A stretch of DNA of 64,000 nucleotides from the IMG/VR virus record IMGVR_UViG_3300026735_000021, positions 1 to 64,000 of that record; one strand, written 5' to 3'. Position 1 is the stretch's first letter; every line of letters starts with the position of its first letter. Of this stretch, positions 27,105 to 36,368 are shown piece by piece. The position numbers were made by a program, and so were the translations under genes. The stretch comes from a virus. Lineage: Duplodnaviria > Caudoviricetes. The notes beneath the pieces are model-generated. The model did not search any database. It saw nothing but the letters and a program-made list of their open reading frames with translations, and had not been told where the DNA came from.

Positions 27105-27587
27105 ATGAATTTAAAGAATGCGATTACAGAAGAAGATATACCTAATATAAAGTTGAACTTATATTCAACTTTTGGTATAATTTTAAACAAACATCATATT
27201 GAATCAAATACTGATAGTATAATTTGGGTCATTAGTCCGATTACAATCAACAAGAAACCCAAATCCGGCATTAGAGCTAAACTAGGATTTGACTTAGAAT
27301 CAAAATCAACAATAATTCTAAACTCTAATAATAATAGTTTAGACATTAACTCAGAAGCATTAGTATATAGCATGACCAAACTAATAGAATCAATTAAATC
27401 GCCATTATTAACAACAAATGAATCTGATATGATTGCATATGTTGAAAAACTCAATGATGAATTAACGAATCTCAACAATAATGCCGAATCACCTATTAAA
27501 GCCACAGCCAAAATGAAGTCATTAGGGGATATTCTTGCTATGATTGATCCAAATATTGAAAAATATGCAAAAAAAGGAAAATCATAA
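27105..27587 (+). CDS. Hypothetical protein, paralog 1
   Basis: Shares DIP.(I/L)K and (L/I).DIL..IDPN..Y motifs with the next ORF. Confidence 0.65.
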   Translation: MNLKNAITEEDIPNIKLNLYSTFGIILNKHHIESNTDSIIWVISPITINKKPKSGIRAKLGFDLESKSTIILNSNNNSLDINSEALVYSMTKLIESIKSPLLTTNESDMIAYVEKLNDELTNLNNNAESPIKATAKMKSLGDILAMIDPNIEKYAKKGKS

Positions 27588-28078
27588 TGTACAAAATAAC
27601 AACAATAAAAAATGCAAAAAAATTATCAGAAATGGATATACCAACACTAAAAAACATATATGGCTTCGTCTTAGCGTCGGGGTCTGACTCTATTGTTTCA
27701 ACGTGGGTACTAGACTTTGATATATCATACAAAAAGAAACGATCAATCATACCGTTTCTTCCTGCCAAATTTTCAGGACATATACAAGCTCATCATGCAA
27801 TCAATATTCAAAAACTAAACAATAAATCAAATATAAAATCACAAGAAATTTTAAATGAAATTTCATCAGAAATTCATAAGATGGATGAACCCTACATTGT
27901 TGATTCAAAAGCAGAAGCTGTAAAATATACAAATATTTTAAACTCTATTTTCGATGAAATTCATAAACACAATAATGATTCTCATTTATATGTTCATACC
28001 ATGTCTATCTACGATATTCTAAACACAATTGATCCAAACATGAATGAATATTTGAAAACCAGAAAACCACAATCATAA
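27587..28078 (+). CDS. Hypothetical protein, paralog 2
   Basis: TAATG overlap with paralog 1; shared terminal motifs. Confidence 0.65.
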   Translation: MYKITTIKNAKKLSEMDIPTLKNIYGFVLASGSDSIVSTWVLDFDISYKKKRSIIPFLPAKFSGHIQAHHAINIQKLNNKSNIKSQEILNEISSEIHKMDEPYIVDSKAEAVKYTNILNSIFDEIHKHNNDSHLYVHTMSIYDILNTIDPNMNEYLKTRKPQS

Positions 28079-28094
28079 TGATTGTGGTTTTTTT

Positions 28095-28895
28095 TTATTC
28101 ACGACGGAAACCCGCACCTAATGTTGATTCCCAAAATGTTGCCCATTTTCCAGCATTACTCATAACTGAGAAATTGCCCATAAATGCGTCCATTGCATAT
28201 TTGGGCGCTTCTTTTTTATCCCATTTAGACACAAGTTCACCTTGCACAACTCGTCGATATTCTGAATTAAAAGAATTACAAGTGACTAATGTTACTACAG
28301 GTTTGCCTCTATCCGTAGCTACACTATCATCTAAAACATCACTTTGCCATCGAGACACAGCTACTGTATTGTACACTCTATACTGATACACATGATCAAC
28401 ATCATTCAGCCAGATGTCCATACCTACCGTAACAACGTCTAATGGTGTAAATAACAAATAAGGATTGGCTAATCGATGACTACCTAATGAATAATTACCT
28501 TTACCCATAACTTCGCCCGGTTTCATTGTAGCCGCACCACTAACAGCATTCAAATTTGTTAAACCATCAAGGACAGGCAACAACATCCCTCTAGCTTGAG
28601 GTATAGATACTTCACCAACTAATTGAACATCACCATCATCAATAGCTTGGGCCGCAGCCGAAACCGACGCTTGATTATAATCTACAATTTTATCTTGTTT
28701 CCATCCCGTTCCATCCGGTTTAGATTTTGGCTTGACCATTTCCTGAGTCAATAATTTCTGAGGCTCACGTAATGTTTTCCAATATTTGACATTTGGATAC
28801 AAAAAAGTGGCAGAACCAACAAGAAGAAGAAGTATTCCTAATAATATATATATCTTATTACGTTTTTTTTTATTTTTCTTTTTTTTGTCTACCAT
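28095..28895 (-). CDS. srtA: Class A sortase
   Basis: N-terminal anchor, GNYSLGSH, VTLVTC and the downstream Arg (EYRRVV). Confidence 0.9.
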   Translation of the reverse strand: MVDKKKKNKKKRNKIYILLGILLLLVGSATFLYPNVKYWKTLREPQKLLTQEMVKPKSKPDGTGWKQDKIVDYNQASVSAAAQAIDDGDVQLVGEVSIPQARGMLLPVLDGLTNLNAVSGAATMKPGEVMGKGNYSLGSHRLANPYLLFTPLDVVTVGMDIWLNDVDHVYQYRVYNTVAVSRWQSDVLDDSVATDRGKPVVTLVTCNSFNSEYRRVVQGELVSKWDKKEAPKYAMDAFMGNFSVMSNAGKWATFWESTLGAGFRRE

Positions 28896-28905
28896 TTAGA
28901 CCACC

Positions 28906-29649
28906 TTATTTCATAACAACAGACATTCCCGTTATACCAACAAAAATTATCCAAACCCATACAACACAACACATCCAGTTAATTCCTGCAAACAGATATC
29001 GTATCAGTTTTTCACGGTGGCTGCCCGTTCTATAATAAAAGAACTTAGGTTTTCGCCCCCGTTTCATTACTGCACCAGAGCCATAAGTCACATATCCAGA
29101 AAATGGATTAAACCAGGCAATACCTTGCTTGCTAAAGGTATCTTCCACAATATGCCAAAAATAGCCAAACACCATCATATTATAATACGGACTATTTGCA
29201 AAATACCCAATACCCGTTAAAACTAATATTGCCCATATTGTATGCGTTATAGTACGATGCGGTATATATTTACTAAAAGGGAAATACCGGCCCAAATACG
29301 ACTTATCTGAGTCAATATCAGGTAATATAGATCCAACAATTCCTGCCACAAACAATAATAAAATATGAAGAATAATTCCAAACGAAAAGTGTGAAGAAAC
29401 GGTAGTATATCGATTAAAGAAATAACCCATATCATGCCAATTTAAACTAAAGACCGACATAAATACTGAGTTGGCTTCAAATATTAAAAATTTTAAAAAT
29501 GATACAGTATGAAAAGCCGAATCATGTATAAATGATGTGTCAACTTCCCGTAATGTACCACTATCTTCCCACGTTTTTAAAAAATATGATCCAAGTAATG
29601 ATGTGTTAATTACTCCAGCGGTCACTACCATATGCGACTTTCCCATCAT
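28906..29649 (-). CDS. Membrane metal-dependent hydrolase (YdjM-like)
   Basis: MMGKSH, GSILPDID, HRTITHT and HIVED motifs with TM helices. Confidence 0.8.
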   Translation of the reverse strand: MMGKSHMVVTAGVINTSLLGSYFLKTWEDSGTLREVDTSFIHDSAFHTVSFLKFLIFEANSVFMSVFSLNWHDMGYFFNRYTTVSSHFSFGIILHILLLFVAGIVGSILPDIDSDKSYLGRYFPFSKYIPHRTITHTIWAILVLTGIGYFANSPYYNMMVFGYFWHIVEDTFSKQGIAWFNPFSGYVTYGSGAVMKRGRKPKFFYYRTGSHREKLIRYLFAGINWMCCVVWVWIIFVGITGMSVVMK

Positions 29650-29663
29650 ATGATGATTCCCCC

Positions 29664-30080
29664 CTAAACTAAAGAATGCGAGCCATCATAATACGGATAA
29701 AAAGGAATACCCATATAAATCATGCCCGAAATTAAACACACATTTTGATAATCAGTATTTCCGGCAATATATAACGGATGATTACTTCTAAATCTATATG
29801 CTTTTTTGCTAACATTATCTCTAATCATTGCATTCAAAATATCAATTGATTCTTCAATATAAAATGATCCAAAAGCCGTACTTATAAACTTAACAAAATT
29901 GATTAACGAAATATCAATAACACTTGTGTCAGGAAAATCAACTTCATCATAAAACGGCTTAATTAAATCGCCATCGCCTTTCGTTATGAAATCCATCAAA
30001 GGTTGTTCTAACACCTCTAACATCATAAAACTTCGCACTTGATTTGTTTGTGCCAATCTATCACTCCGATCTTTTTTCAT
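29664..30080 (-). CDS. Hypothetical protein
   Basis: Co-directional with the next two genes and tightly spaced. Confidence 0.6.
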   Translation of the reverse strand: MKKDRSDRLAQTNQVRSFMMLEVLEQPLMDFITKGDGDLIKPFYDEVDFPDTSVIDISLINFVKFISTAFGSFYIEESIDILNAMIRDNVSKKAYRFRSNHPLYIAGNTDYQNVCLISGMIYMGIPFYPYYDGSHSLV

Positions 30081-30131
30081 TTTAATCTTAATTATATAAT
30101 ACTACATTATAGCTGAAATTTCAACAGAAAA

Positions 30132-31013
30132 TCACACTTCTATCAAAAACTCAACAGGTGTATTTAACAATTCAGCATAATAAGATATTCCTTTTGTAAT
30201 TTCATCTTTACTCATATCAATATAAAGATATACATCATCCCGTCCAGATAATAATATCGCTCTTGATTTGCCATTCTTTTTCAAAGCAGGCATATATCGT
30301 CCAAGCATAGACGTAGCCGTTGGTGCATCATCCACAATATCCGTAGACAACTTATAATAATGATAATCATCCGATAAATTATAAAAATAATTCATCATTT
30401 GAGTAAATATAACATCAGGTGTACCTTGAAACATCAAACGATTTAATTCAGGAAATACAATCGTATTATAACCAGACACAACTTCAGCATGAGACGTTAT
30501 CTTAACTTTAGGATCATTAGTTAATGTCACAACAGACTCTAACTCAGGCAAAACATTGACATCAACTAAAAGAAGCATTGCTCTTGCTTTTCGTACAAGA
30601 TCTATAGATGAATTTTCATCTATATCAGAAATAAAACTTGTGTTCCCAATTGTTTTATTTGTTGTAATATATGCGGATTTTTGATTAAATAATTTAATCA
30701 AATACGTTTCGAGATAATCAGCTTGTCCTTTAGATAATGAACCATCAACAAAACCAAAACATGCAAAATTTGTCCAATTACTCTTATTAACTAAATGCTT
30801 AGAGATTCTTGATTGTATTGATACAGCCGACTGACCAACATACACTCGGGATGTATCCCATATCATGTATATTCCAGGACCGTTAAATAACTTATTATTG
30901 AGCAAACGGTCAACATCAGATCTTAATCCTGATATTGTAAAAAAATTCGATAAATTAACAACACTCAAAGAATCATTCGATTCTTTATTAGATTCTATAT
31001 TTAAAATATTCAC
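30132..31013 (-). CDS. GIY-YIG nuclease family protein
   Basis: GIYMI...VYVGQS...SRISKH and YLETYLI; TGGTATAAT promoter at 31049-31057 on the minus strand. Confidence 0.8.
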   Translation of the reverse strand: MNILNIESNKESNDSLSVVNLSNFFTISGLRSDVDRLLNNKLFNGPGIYMIWDTSRVYVGQSAVSIQSRISKHLVNKSNWTNFACFGFVDGSLSKGQADYLETYLIKLFNQKSAYITTNKTIGNTSFISDIDENSSIDLVRKARAMLLLVDVNVLPELESVVTLTNDPKVKITSHAEVVSGYNTIVFPELNRLMFQGTPDVIFTQMMNYFYNLSDDYHYYKLSTDIVDDAPTATSMLGRYMPALKKNGKSRAILLSGRDDVYLYIDMSKDEITKGISYYAELLNTPVEFLIEV

Positions 31014-31273
31014 GTTCGTCCCTCACTTTAGTTGTATGTCTCAATAATATTATACCACATTTATACTGATATTTCGACATATATTGAAGTTACCTCATAA
31101 AGTAATCTTTTCAAGATTAAATTAATGATAAATCTATCATTTCATTTTTGATCTATAAAATATTGCACATTCGCGTTAAACCTTCGGTTTCGCTCATCGT
31201 GCCGATAAAATTATTGTAAATAATTAATACAAAAATTATTATAGGAAATAAACTATAAAAGGACTACAAAATT

Positions 31274-31972
31274 ATGCCACTACCTTTATTAAAAGATACA
31301 CTACCTTCAAACTGGAGCATTGAGCCAATGCCATCGCTATTGGCTACTCCTGAATTCATCAATTTCAACAAAACATTGATGGCATTAGAAGCTCAAAATA
31401 AACTTAGCCCTGGATACAATGACATCTTTAAAGCATTGAATCTGACATCACCTAATGATGTAAAAGTTGTTATATTGGGGCAAGACCCATACCCTCGTGA
31501 AAATGATGCGATGGGATTAAGTTTCTCAGTGAATCCAACCCAACCAATTCCTCGTTCATTAAAAAACATTTACAAAGAATTGGTTGACGATGTTGGTATT
31601 GATAATACAACCAAAACAGGTGATCTGTCATACTGGGCTAAACAAGGTGTACTATTATTAAATACAACACTCACAACAGAAACAACAAAAACAAATGCCC
31701 ATCGAAATAAAGGCTGGGAAGAATTCACAACAGCTATTATTCAATATTTGAATAATAATGCCACATCTGAAAAACCTATCGTATTTATTCTTTGGGGTAA
31801 TGCTGCTAAAGAAAAAGGATTCCTTTTGTCAAACCCTAACGTCTATAAGATCGAATCTCCCCATCCTAGCCCATTCTCAGCTCGAACAGGGTTCTTTGGA
31901 AGCAAACCCTTCAGTCAAACCAACATGTTCTTAGAAAGCCATTCAATGGATCCTATTGATTGGAGTGTATAA
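31274..31972 (+). CDS. ung: Uracil-DNA glycosylase (family 1)
   Basis: VILGQDPYP, GLSFS, GVLLLN, FILWG, HPSPFS. Confidence 0.96.
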   Translation: MPLPLLKDTLPSNWSIEPMPSLLATPEFINFNKTLMALEAQNKLSPGYNDIFKALNLTSPNDVKVVILGQDPYPRENDAMGLSFSVNPTQPIPRSLKNIYKELVDDVGIDNTTKTGDLSYWAKQGVLLLNTTLTTETTKTNAHRNKGWEEFTTAIIQYLNNNATSEKPIVFILWGNAAKEKGFLLSNPNVYKIESPHPSPFSARTGFFGSKPFSQTNMFLESHSMDPIDWSV

Positions 31973-31973
31973 T

Positions 31974-32363
31974 ATGCCATTATTAATGACAGCAATATGT
32001 GATTGTTGTAATAAGACAATGCTTTTTGACATTGATTCCGTATCAAAATCTGACGTTATATATCATGTCCGAAAAAACAAACATTGGCAATATGGCACTA
32101 AAGGCTTATTTTGTGAAAAGTGTAAACATCACTACAAATTAAAAACATGCAAACAATTAGAATTAAAAACAAAACTTAAAAATCAAATAGAATTACTTGA
32201 AGTATTCACCCGTGCCCTAACAGTTACAGACTTTGAAAATGAAACATTTCATTTAGACGAAACAAATACAACAACATGGATGTCTAAAGACGAAGTCGAA
32301 ATAAACATATTAAAAATTAAAGAAAAAATATCACAATTAAAAAGAAAGATTACAAATGATTAA
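31974..32363 (+). CDS. Hypothetical protein with Cys motifs
   Basis: CDCC and FCEKC; ATG 31974 with RBS GGAG (track start 31956). Confidence 0.6.
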   Translation: MPLLMTAICDCCNKTMLFDIDSVSKSDVIYHVRKNKHWQYGTKGLFCEKCKHHYKLKTCKQLELKTKLKNQIELLEVFTRALTVTDFENETFHLDETNTTTWMSKDEVEINILKIKEKISQLKRKITND

Positions 32364-32643
32364 TCCAAGATTAGAACAACTACCAGTAAAATCAGATGAA
32401 TTGATTATCCATAAAGGAACCCTACTTGAAATCTATAGTAACCCAGATGGCGTGTATGGCTCTCATATTACAGATAACGGAAGTTCAATGTTTACAGAAA
32501 TAACAACAGATATGACATTTGCTCAACTTATCATCAAAACACAAGATTTAGGACGAATCTCTGATGATACCATTACCTTTATTAAAATCATTGACACAAA
32601 CTCACGTGAAGCCCAAATGGCTAAATCAAACCCATTCAAATAA
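32356..32643 (+). CDS. Hypothetical protein
   Basis: Overlapping operon arrangement. Confidence 0.55.
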   Translation: MINPRLEQLPVKSDELIIHKGTLLEIYSNPDGVYGSHITDNGSSMFTEITTDMTFAQLIIKTQDLGRISDDTITFIKIIDTNSREAQMAKSNPFK

Positions 32644-32662
32644 ACTAAAAGGATTACTAACT

Positions 32663-33082
32663 GTGGAATTTCAAACAAAAAACTTTCCAATTGACGTCGT
32701 TTTAGAAAAGTCAAGAATTACAATTACACCAATTTGGGAAAAACCAACACCACAATACTGGAATTGTATCTTTGAGTCTACCGAATTAAAACGATTTCTA
32801 TCATTTTGTATTGATTCATATTTAAAAATAGGTGGAACAATTAAACAAATCAAACCTCAAGACAAACCATATAGTGAAGAACTTAATGTTTACAAAGATG
32901 AAATTGAAAGATCAATTACAACTGAACGCAATGGATTTAGTTTCATATGTTATACTGATCGAGAAAACGATGAATGGACATATTTAACAAAAGCTAAACT
33001 TCGTTATTTCATTGAACTATTACTACCAAGCTTAGAACAAAAAGCTATCAACCAACTACTCAATAAAGGAGAATCAATCTAA
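32663..33082 (+). CDS. Hypothetical protein
   Basis: GTG 32663 with RBS AAGGA (track start 32564). Confidence 0.6.
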   Translation: MEFQTKNFPIDVVLEKSRITITPIWEKPTPQYWNCIFESTELKRFLSFCIDSYLKIGGTIKQIKPQDKPYSEELNVYKDEIERSITTERNGFSFICYTDRENDEWTYLTKAKLRYFIELLLPSLEQKAINQLLNKGESI

Positions 33083-34434
33083 TGCTAAATATCACATTCA
33101 AACAACTTAACTCACTTATCCGCGCAGACATCAAATCAAATATTGCCCCAATCTTATTGGGAGAACCAGGTATTGGTAAATCATCATACCTTGAAAATCT
33201 GGCTCGTGAATTTAAAACAAAAGTATTCACATTACCTATGAACCAATTGGCTGACCGTGCTGACTTAACAGGTGCTCGTGTTGTTGAAACAACTGACTCA
33301 TATGACAGCTCTAAAACTGTGTTTAAACAAGAGTTCTTCCCTCACGCAACAATTATGGATTCAATTTCATATGCAAACGCCCATCCTGACGAATGCCCTA
33401 TCTTATTCCTCGATGAAGCAAACCGTACAGAAGATGGAATTACATCAGCAGCACTTTCATTCATTACATTACGTCGTGTTGGTACAATGGACTTTCCTAA
33501 GAATCTTCGATTCGTATTAGCCGGTAACGACAAAGGTAACATCACAGTATTTGACAAAGCATCAATTACACGGTTCTCTGTATACAAAATCACTCCAGAT
33601 GCTGAAACATTCTTAGAAAAGAATACTAATCTAAACCCATTTGTAAGTGACGTTATTCGTAAAAATCCAAGACTCATTACCCCTGATGAAAGCATGTCTG
33701 TTCAAACAATTGGATCAACTGACCCAGACGCTGATGATGAAGCATCTACAATGTTTGACATTAACGCTTTTGGTGACGAATCAGCTGCCTTTGACCAAAT
33801 GACTGTACCTCGTACAATCACAAGCGTATCAAACTGGCTTAATTCTCTTGGCGAAAATGGAATCAAGAAATCAGGGACAGATGAAGAACTCAAACTCATT
33901 CAAGATCTCAAATCAGAAACAATTTCTCAAGATAATGCGTCTCAATCATTGTTATTGTATGGTATCATTGCTCACTCAGGTAACTCAGAATTTTCTCATG
34001 ATTTAAATCAACTCATTGAGGAATATTTTACCAGCACAATGTCATCAGCCGCAACAGCTACAACTCAAGGTCTCATTCTCGATCGCTTCCGGCCAGAGCA
34101 AGATGTTATCAACACAATGTCTCGGGCAAACGACGTACCCGAAGTAGAAGCATTAATTTCCACGCTTGATACTGAACAACAAGAACGCCTATTCGTATGG
34201 CTGTTCGAAGAAGCCTCTGTTTTTGAAATCAATAACAAAGTAGCTGTGACAGCAGCTCTCAACTACGTGCTAAATAGCATTCAAACACTAAGCCGTGATG
34301 TAACTCAAGGTGTGACTGAAATCGTAAGTCATCACGAATCAGTATCTCGTGTGACACTTAATGCTATGGCTGCATCAAATACTCCAATTGCAAACTCACT
34401 CAACGGTTTGCTTAGAATGTCAGGATTGATCTAA
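33082..34434 (+). CDS. MoxR-like AAA+ ATPase
   Basis: GEPGIGKS, LFLDEANR, AGN sensor, ITRF arginine finger. Confidence 0.85.
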   Translation: MLNITFKQLNSLIRADIKSNIAPILLGEPGIGKSSYLENLAREFKTKVFTLPMNQLADRADLTGARVVETTDSYDSSKTVFKQEFFPHATIMDSISYANAHPDECPILFLDEANRTEDGITSAALSFITLRRVGTMDFPKNLRFVLAGNDKGNITVFDKASITRFSVYKITPDAETFLEKNTNLNPFVSDVIRKNPRLITPDESMSVQTIGSTDPDADDEASTMFDINAFGDESAAFDQMTVPRTITSVSNWLNSLGENGIKKSGTDEELKLIQDLKSETISQDNASQSLLLYGIIAHSGNSEFSHDLNQLIEEYFTSTMSSAATATTQGLILDRFRPEQDVINTMSRANDVPEVEALISTLDTEQQERLFVWLFEEASVFEINNKVAVTAALNYVLNSIQTLSRDVTQGVTEIVSHHESVSRVTLNAMAASNTPIANSLNGLLRMSGLI

Positions 34435-34473
34435 TCAATCCTTTCCTTTTATTAAAAACACGAAAGGTCAACA

Positions 34474-36246
34474 ATGAATATCCAAATTTCAAATCAAAAA
34501 CCAGCATTGTTGTACTTTGCATCCAAAGTACTTCCCAATATTCCAGTAATTACGGACGAATCAACTTATAACTCTGACAGACGTGATGCAATTTCTAAAA
34601 TGATGGTTGAGCCTATTTTTGAAAGCATTGTTCCAAACGTACCTGTCGACATTATTGACAACACAGACCCAAAAAATCCATTACCAATCACAAGTGATAT
34701 GATATCTGATGCCATTAACAGCTTATGGATCGACGATACACTTGATGTTGATACAGACGCTCAATTAAACGAGATTTATAGACAATCGCTACAGTATGGT
34801 CAATCATCTGACTGGTTAATTGATGAGCAATTAGTTGCAGAAGCATTAGCTCGTCAAAAATTGCCATTACCGGGAACAAACAATGGAGTTATCGTTCAAT
34901 ACACCGAAACGACAGACATTATTCCAACAGCAAAACAGCTTTTGGCCAAAACAACATCAACTTTGTCTGATTCTGATAAAGAATTATGGTTTGGAACTAT
35001 TGGGGCATATCTGCACCAAAACCAAAATCGTAATATTCTACCAATTACAGTCACCTCATCAGCAGCATTTGACCATCTTAAAGCTGAAATCAAAACAGCA
35101 TTATCAATGGTATCACCCCATTTAACTCTGGACACAAACAAAATGTTTAACGATCTTGACGCTATCTCAATCAAAGGTATGTTGTCATCAACATTTATGC
35201 TTCCCTCTGACAATGATGCCTACTCATTTTCACGGACATTGATGAGCATGTTAGCATCATTTGAAGCATCATTTCCAAATGAGCTATTCATCCAACCAAT
35301 CAATATCAGCCAATTGTTCAATCCAGAAAATATTGTCATTTTAAATCTTGAAGAATATTCACACGCGACAGCTCGTCAAATCAAAAATGATTGGGACAAA
35401 ATTAACCAAGCAATCAACATTAGTCAACGATGGAACATGGTTTCAAACAAAAAGCTTACTACAGCCAAGGCTATAAATCAGGCTACAACCAAAACCCAAA
35501 GTCCACATATTCGAAATAAAAAAGGGGGGCAAGTACATCGAGTAAAAACTCGACACTTTTCAGGAACACCTGTAACAAGTGTCCAAATGTTGCAGGCAAT
35601 GATTCGAGTCATTCAAGATACCACAACGACACGAAGAACGCAAAACATGTATAAGGTCAAAAAGCCGACATTCATGCGAGCAAACCGTCGAGATCCAAAT
35701 AATATCAATGCTATGGGCAAATTTAACACAAATAAATATCGACCAGATATTCATATCTATATTGATACATCTGGATCAATATCAGAAGCCCAATATAGAG
35801 ATGCTGTTATGAATATTATCTTGTTATCAAAAAGAATTTCAGCCAATTTGTTTATCACAAGTTTTGCAGATTATGTTACACAAACATACCAATTACAAAC
35901 CAAAGGATTATCCGTACAACAAATTTACGCAAACTTCATGCGTATTCCTAAAACAACAGGTGGTACAAACTTTGAAAATGTATGGTCTAAAATCGATGCC
36001 ATTGATAAGATCAATACAAAAGCAGGTAAGTCATATCAACTAAACTTTATGATTACAGACTTCGAGTATTCACTCTCTCGTAACAGACGATTCTCTCCGC
36101 AACAGGCATCTGTTAAAAATACATATTATTTGCCAATTTCTACAAGCAAAGCTCACTGGCAATATCTCGTTGATGCCGCAACATCATTTTCTAAAGAAAT
36201 GATGGCCGCTGGAGATAAAAATATTAGACAACGCATGTTGCTATAG
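34474..36246 (+). CDS. vWA (MIDAS) domain protein, partner of the MoxR-like ATPase
   Basis: IYIDTSGS, TGGTNF, MITD; directly downstream of the AAA gene. Confidence 0.8.
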   Translation: MNIQISNQKPALLYFASKVLPNIPVITDESTYNSDRRDAISKMMVEPIFESIVPNVPVDIIDNTDPKNPLPITSDMISDAINSLWIDDTLDVDTDAQLNEIYRQSLQYGQSSDWLIDEQLVAEALARQKLPLPGTNNGVIVQYTETTDIIPTAKQLLAKTTSTLSDSDKELWFGTIGAYLHQNQNRNILPITVTSSAAFDHLKAEIKTALSMVSPHLTLDTNKMFNDLDAISIKGMLSSTFMLPSDNDAYSFSRTLMSMLASFEASFPNELFIQPINISQLFNPENIVILNLEEYSHATARQIKNDWDKINQAINISQRWNMVSNKKLTTAKAINQATTKTQSPHIRNKKGGQVHRVKTRHFSGTPVTSVQMLQAMIRVIQDTTTTRRTQNMYKVKKPTFMRANRRDPNNINAMGKFNTNKYRPDIHIYIDTSGSISEAQYRDAVMNIILLSKRISANLFITSFADYVTQTYQLQTKGLSVQQIYANFMRIPKTTGGTNFENVWSKIDAIDKINTKAGKSYQLNFMITDFEYSLSRNRRFSPQQASVKNTYYLPISTSKAHWQYLVDAATSFSKEMMAAGDKNIRQRMLL

Positions 36247-36368
36247 CAACATGCCAATAAATTAGATTGCACAATTAAATTTGTGCTATCTCTTAAGTAG
36301 ATATACATCAATAATTATATCTATTTAATAGATAATAAAATATAAAAAATAGAAAAGGAAAAATTATC

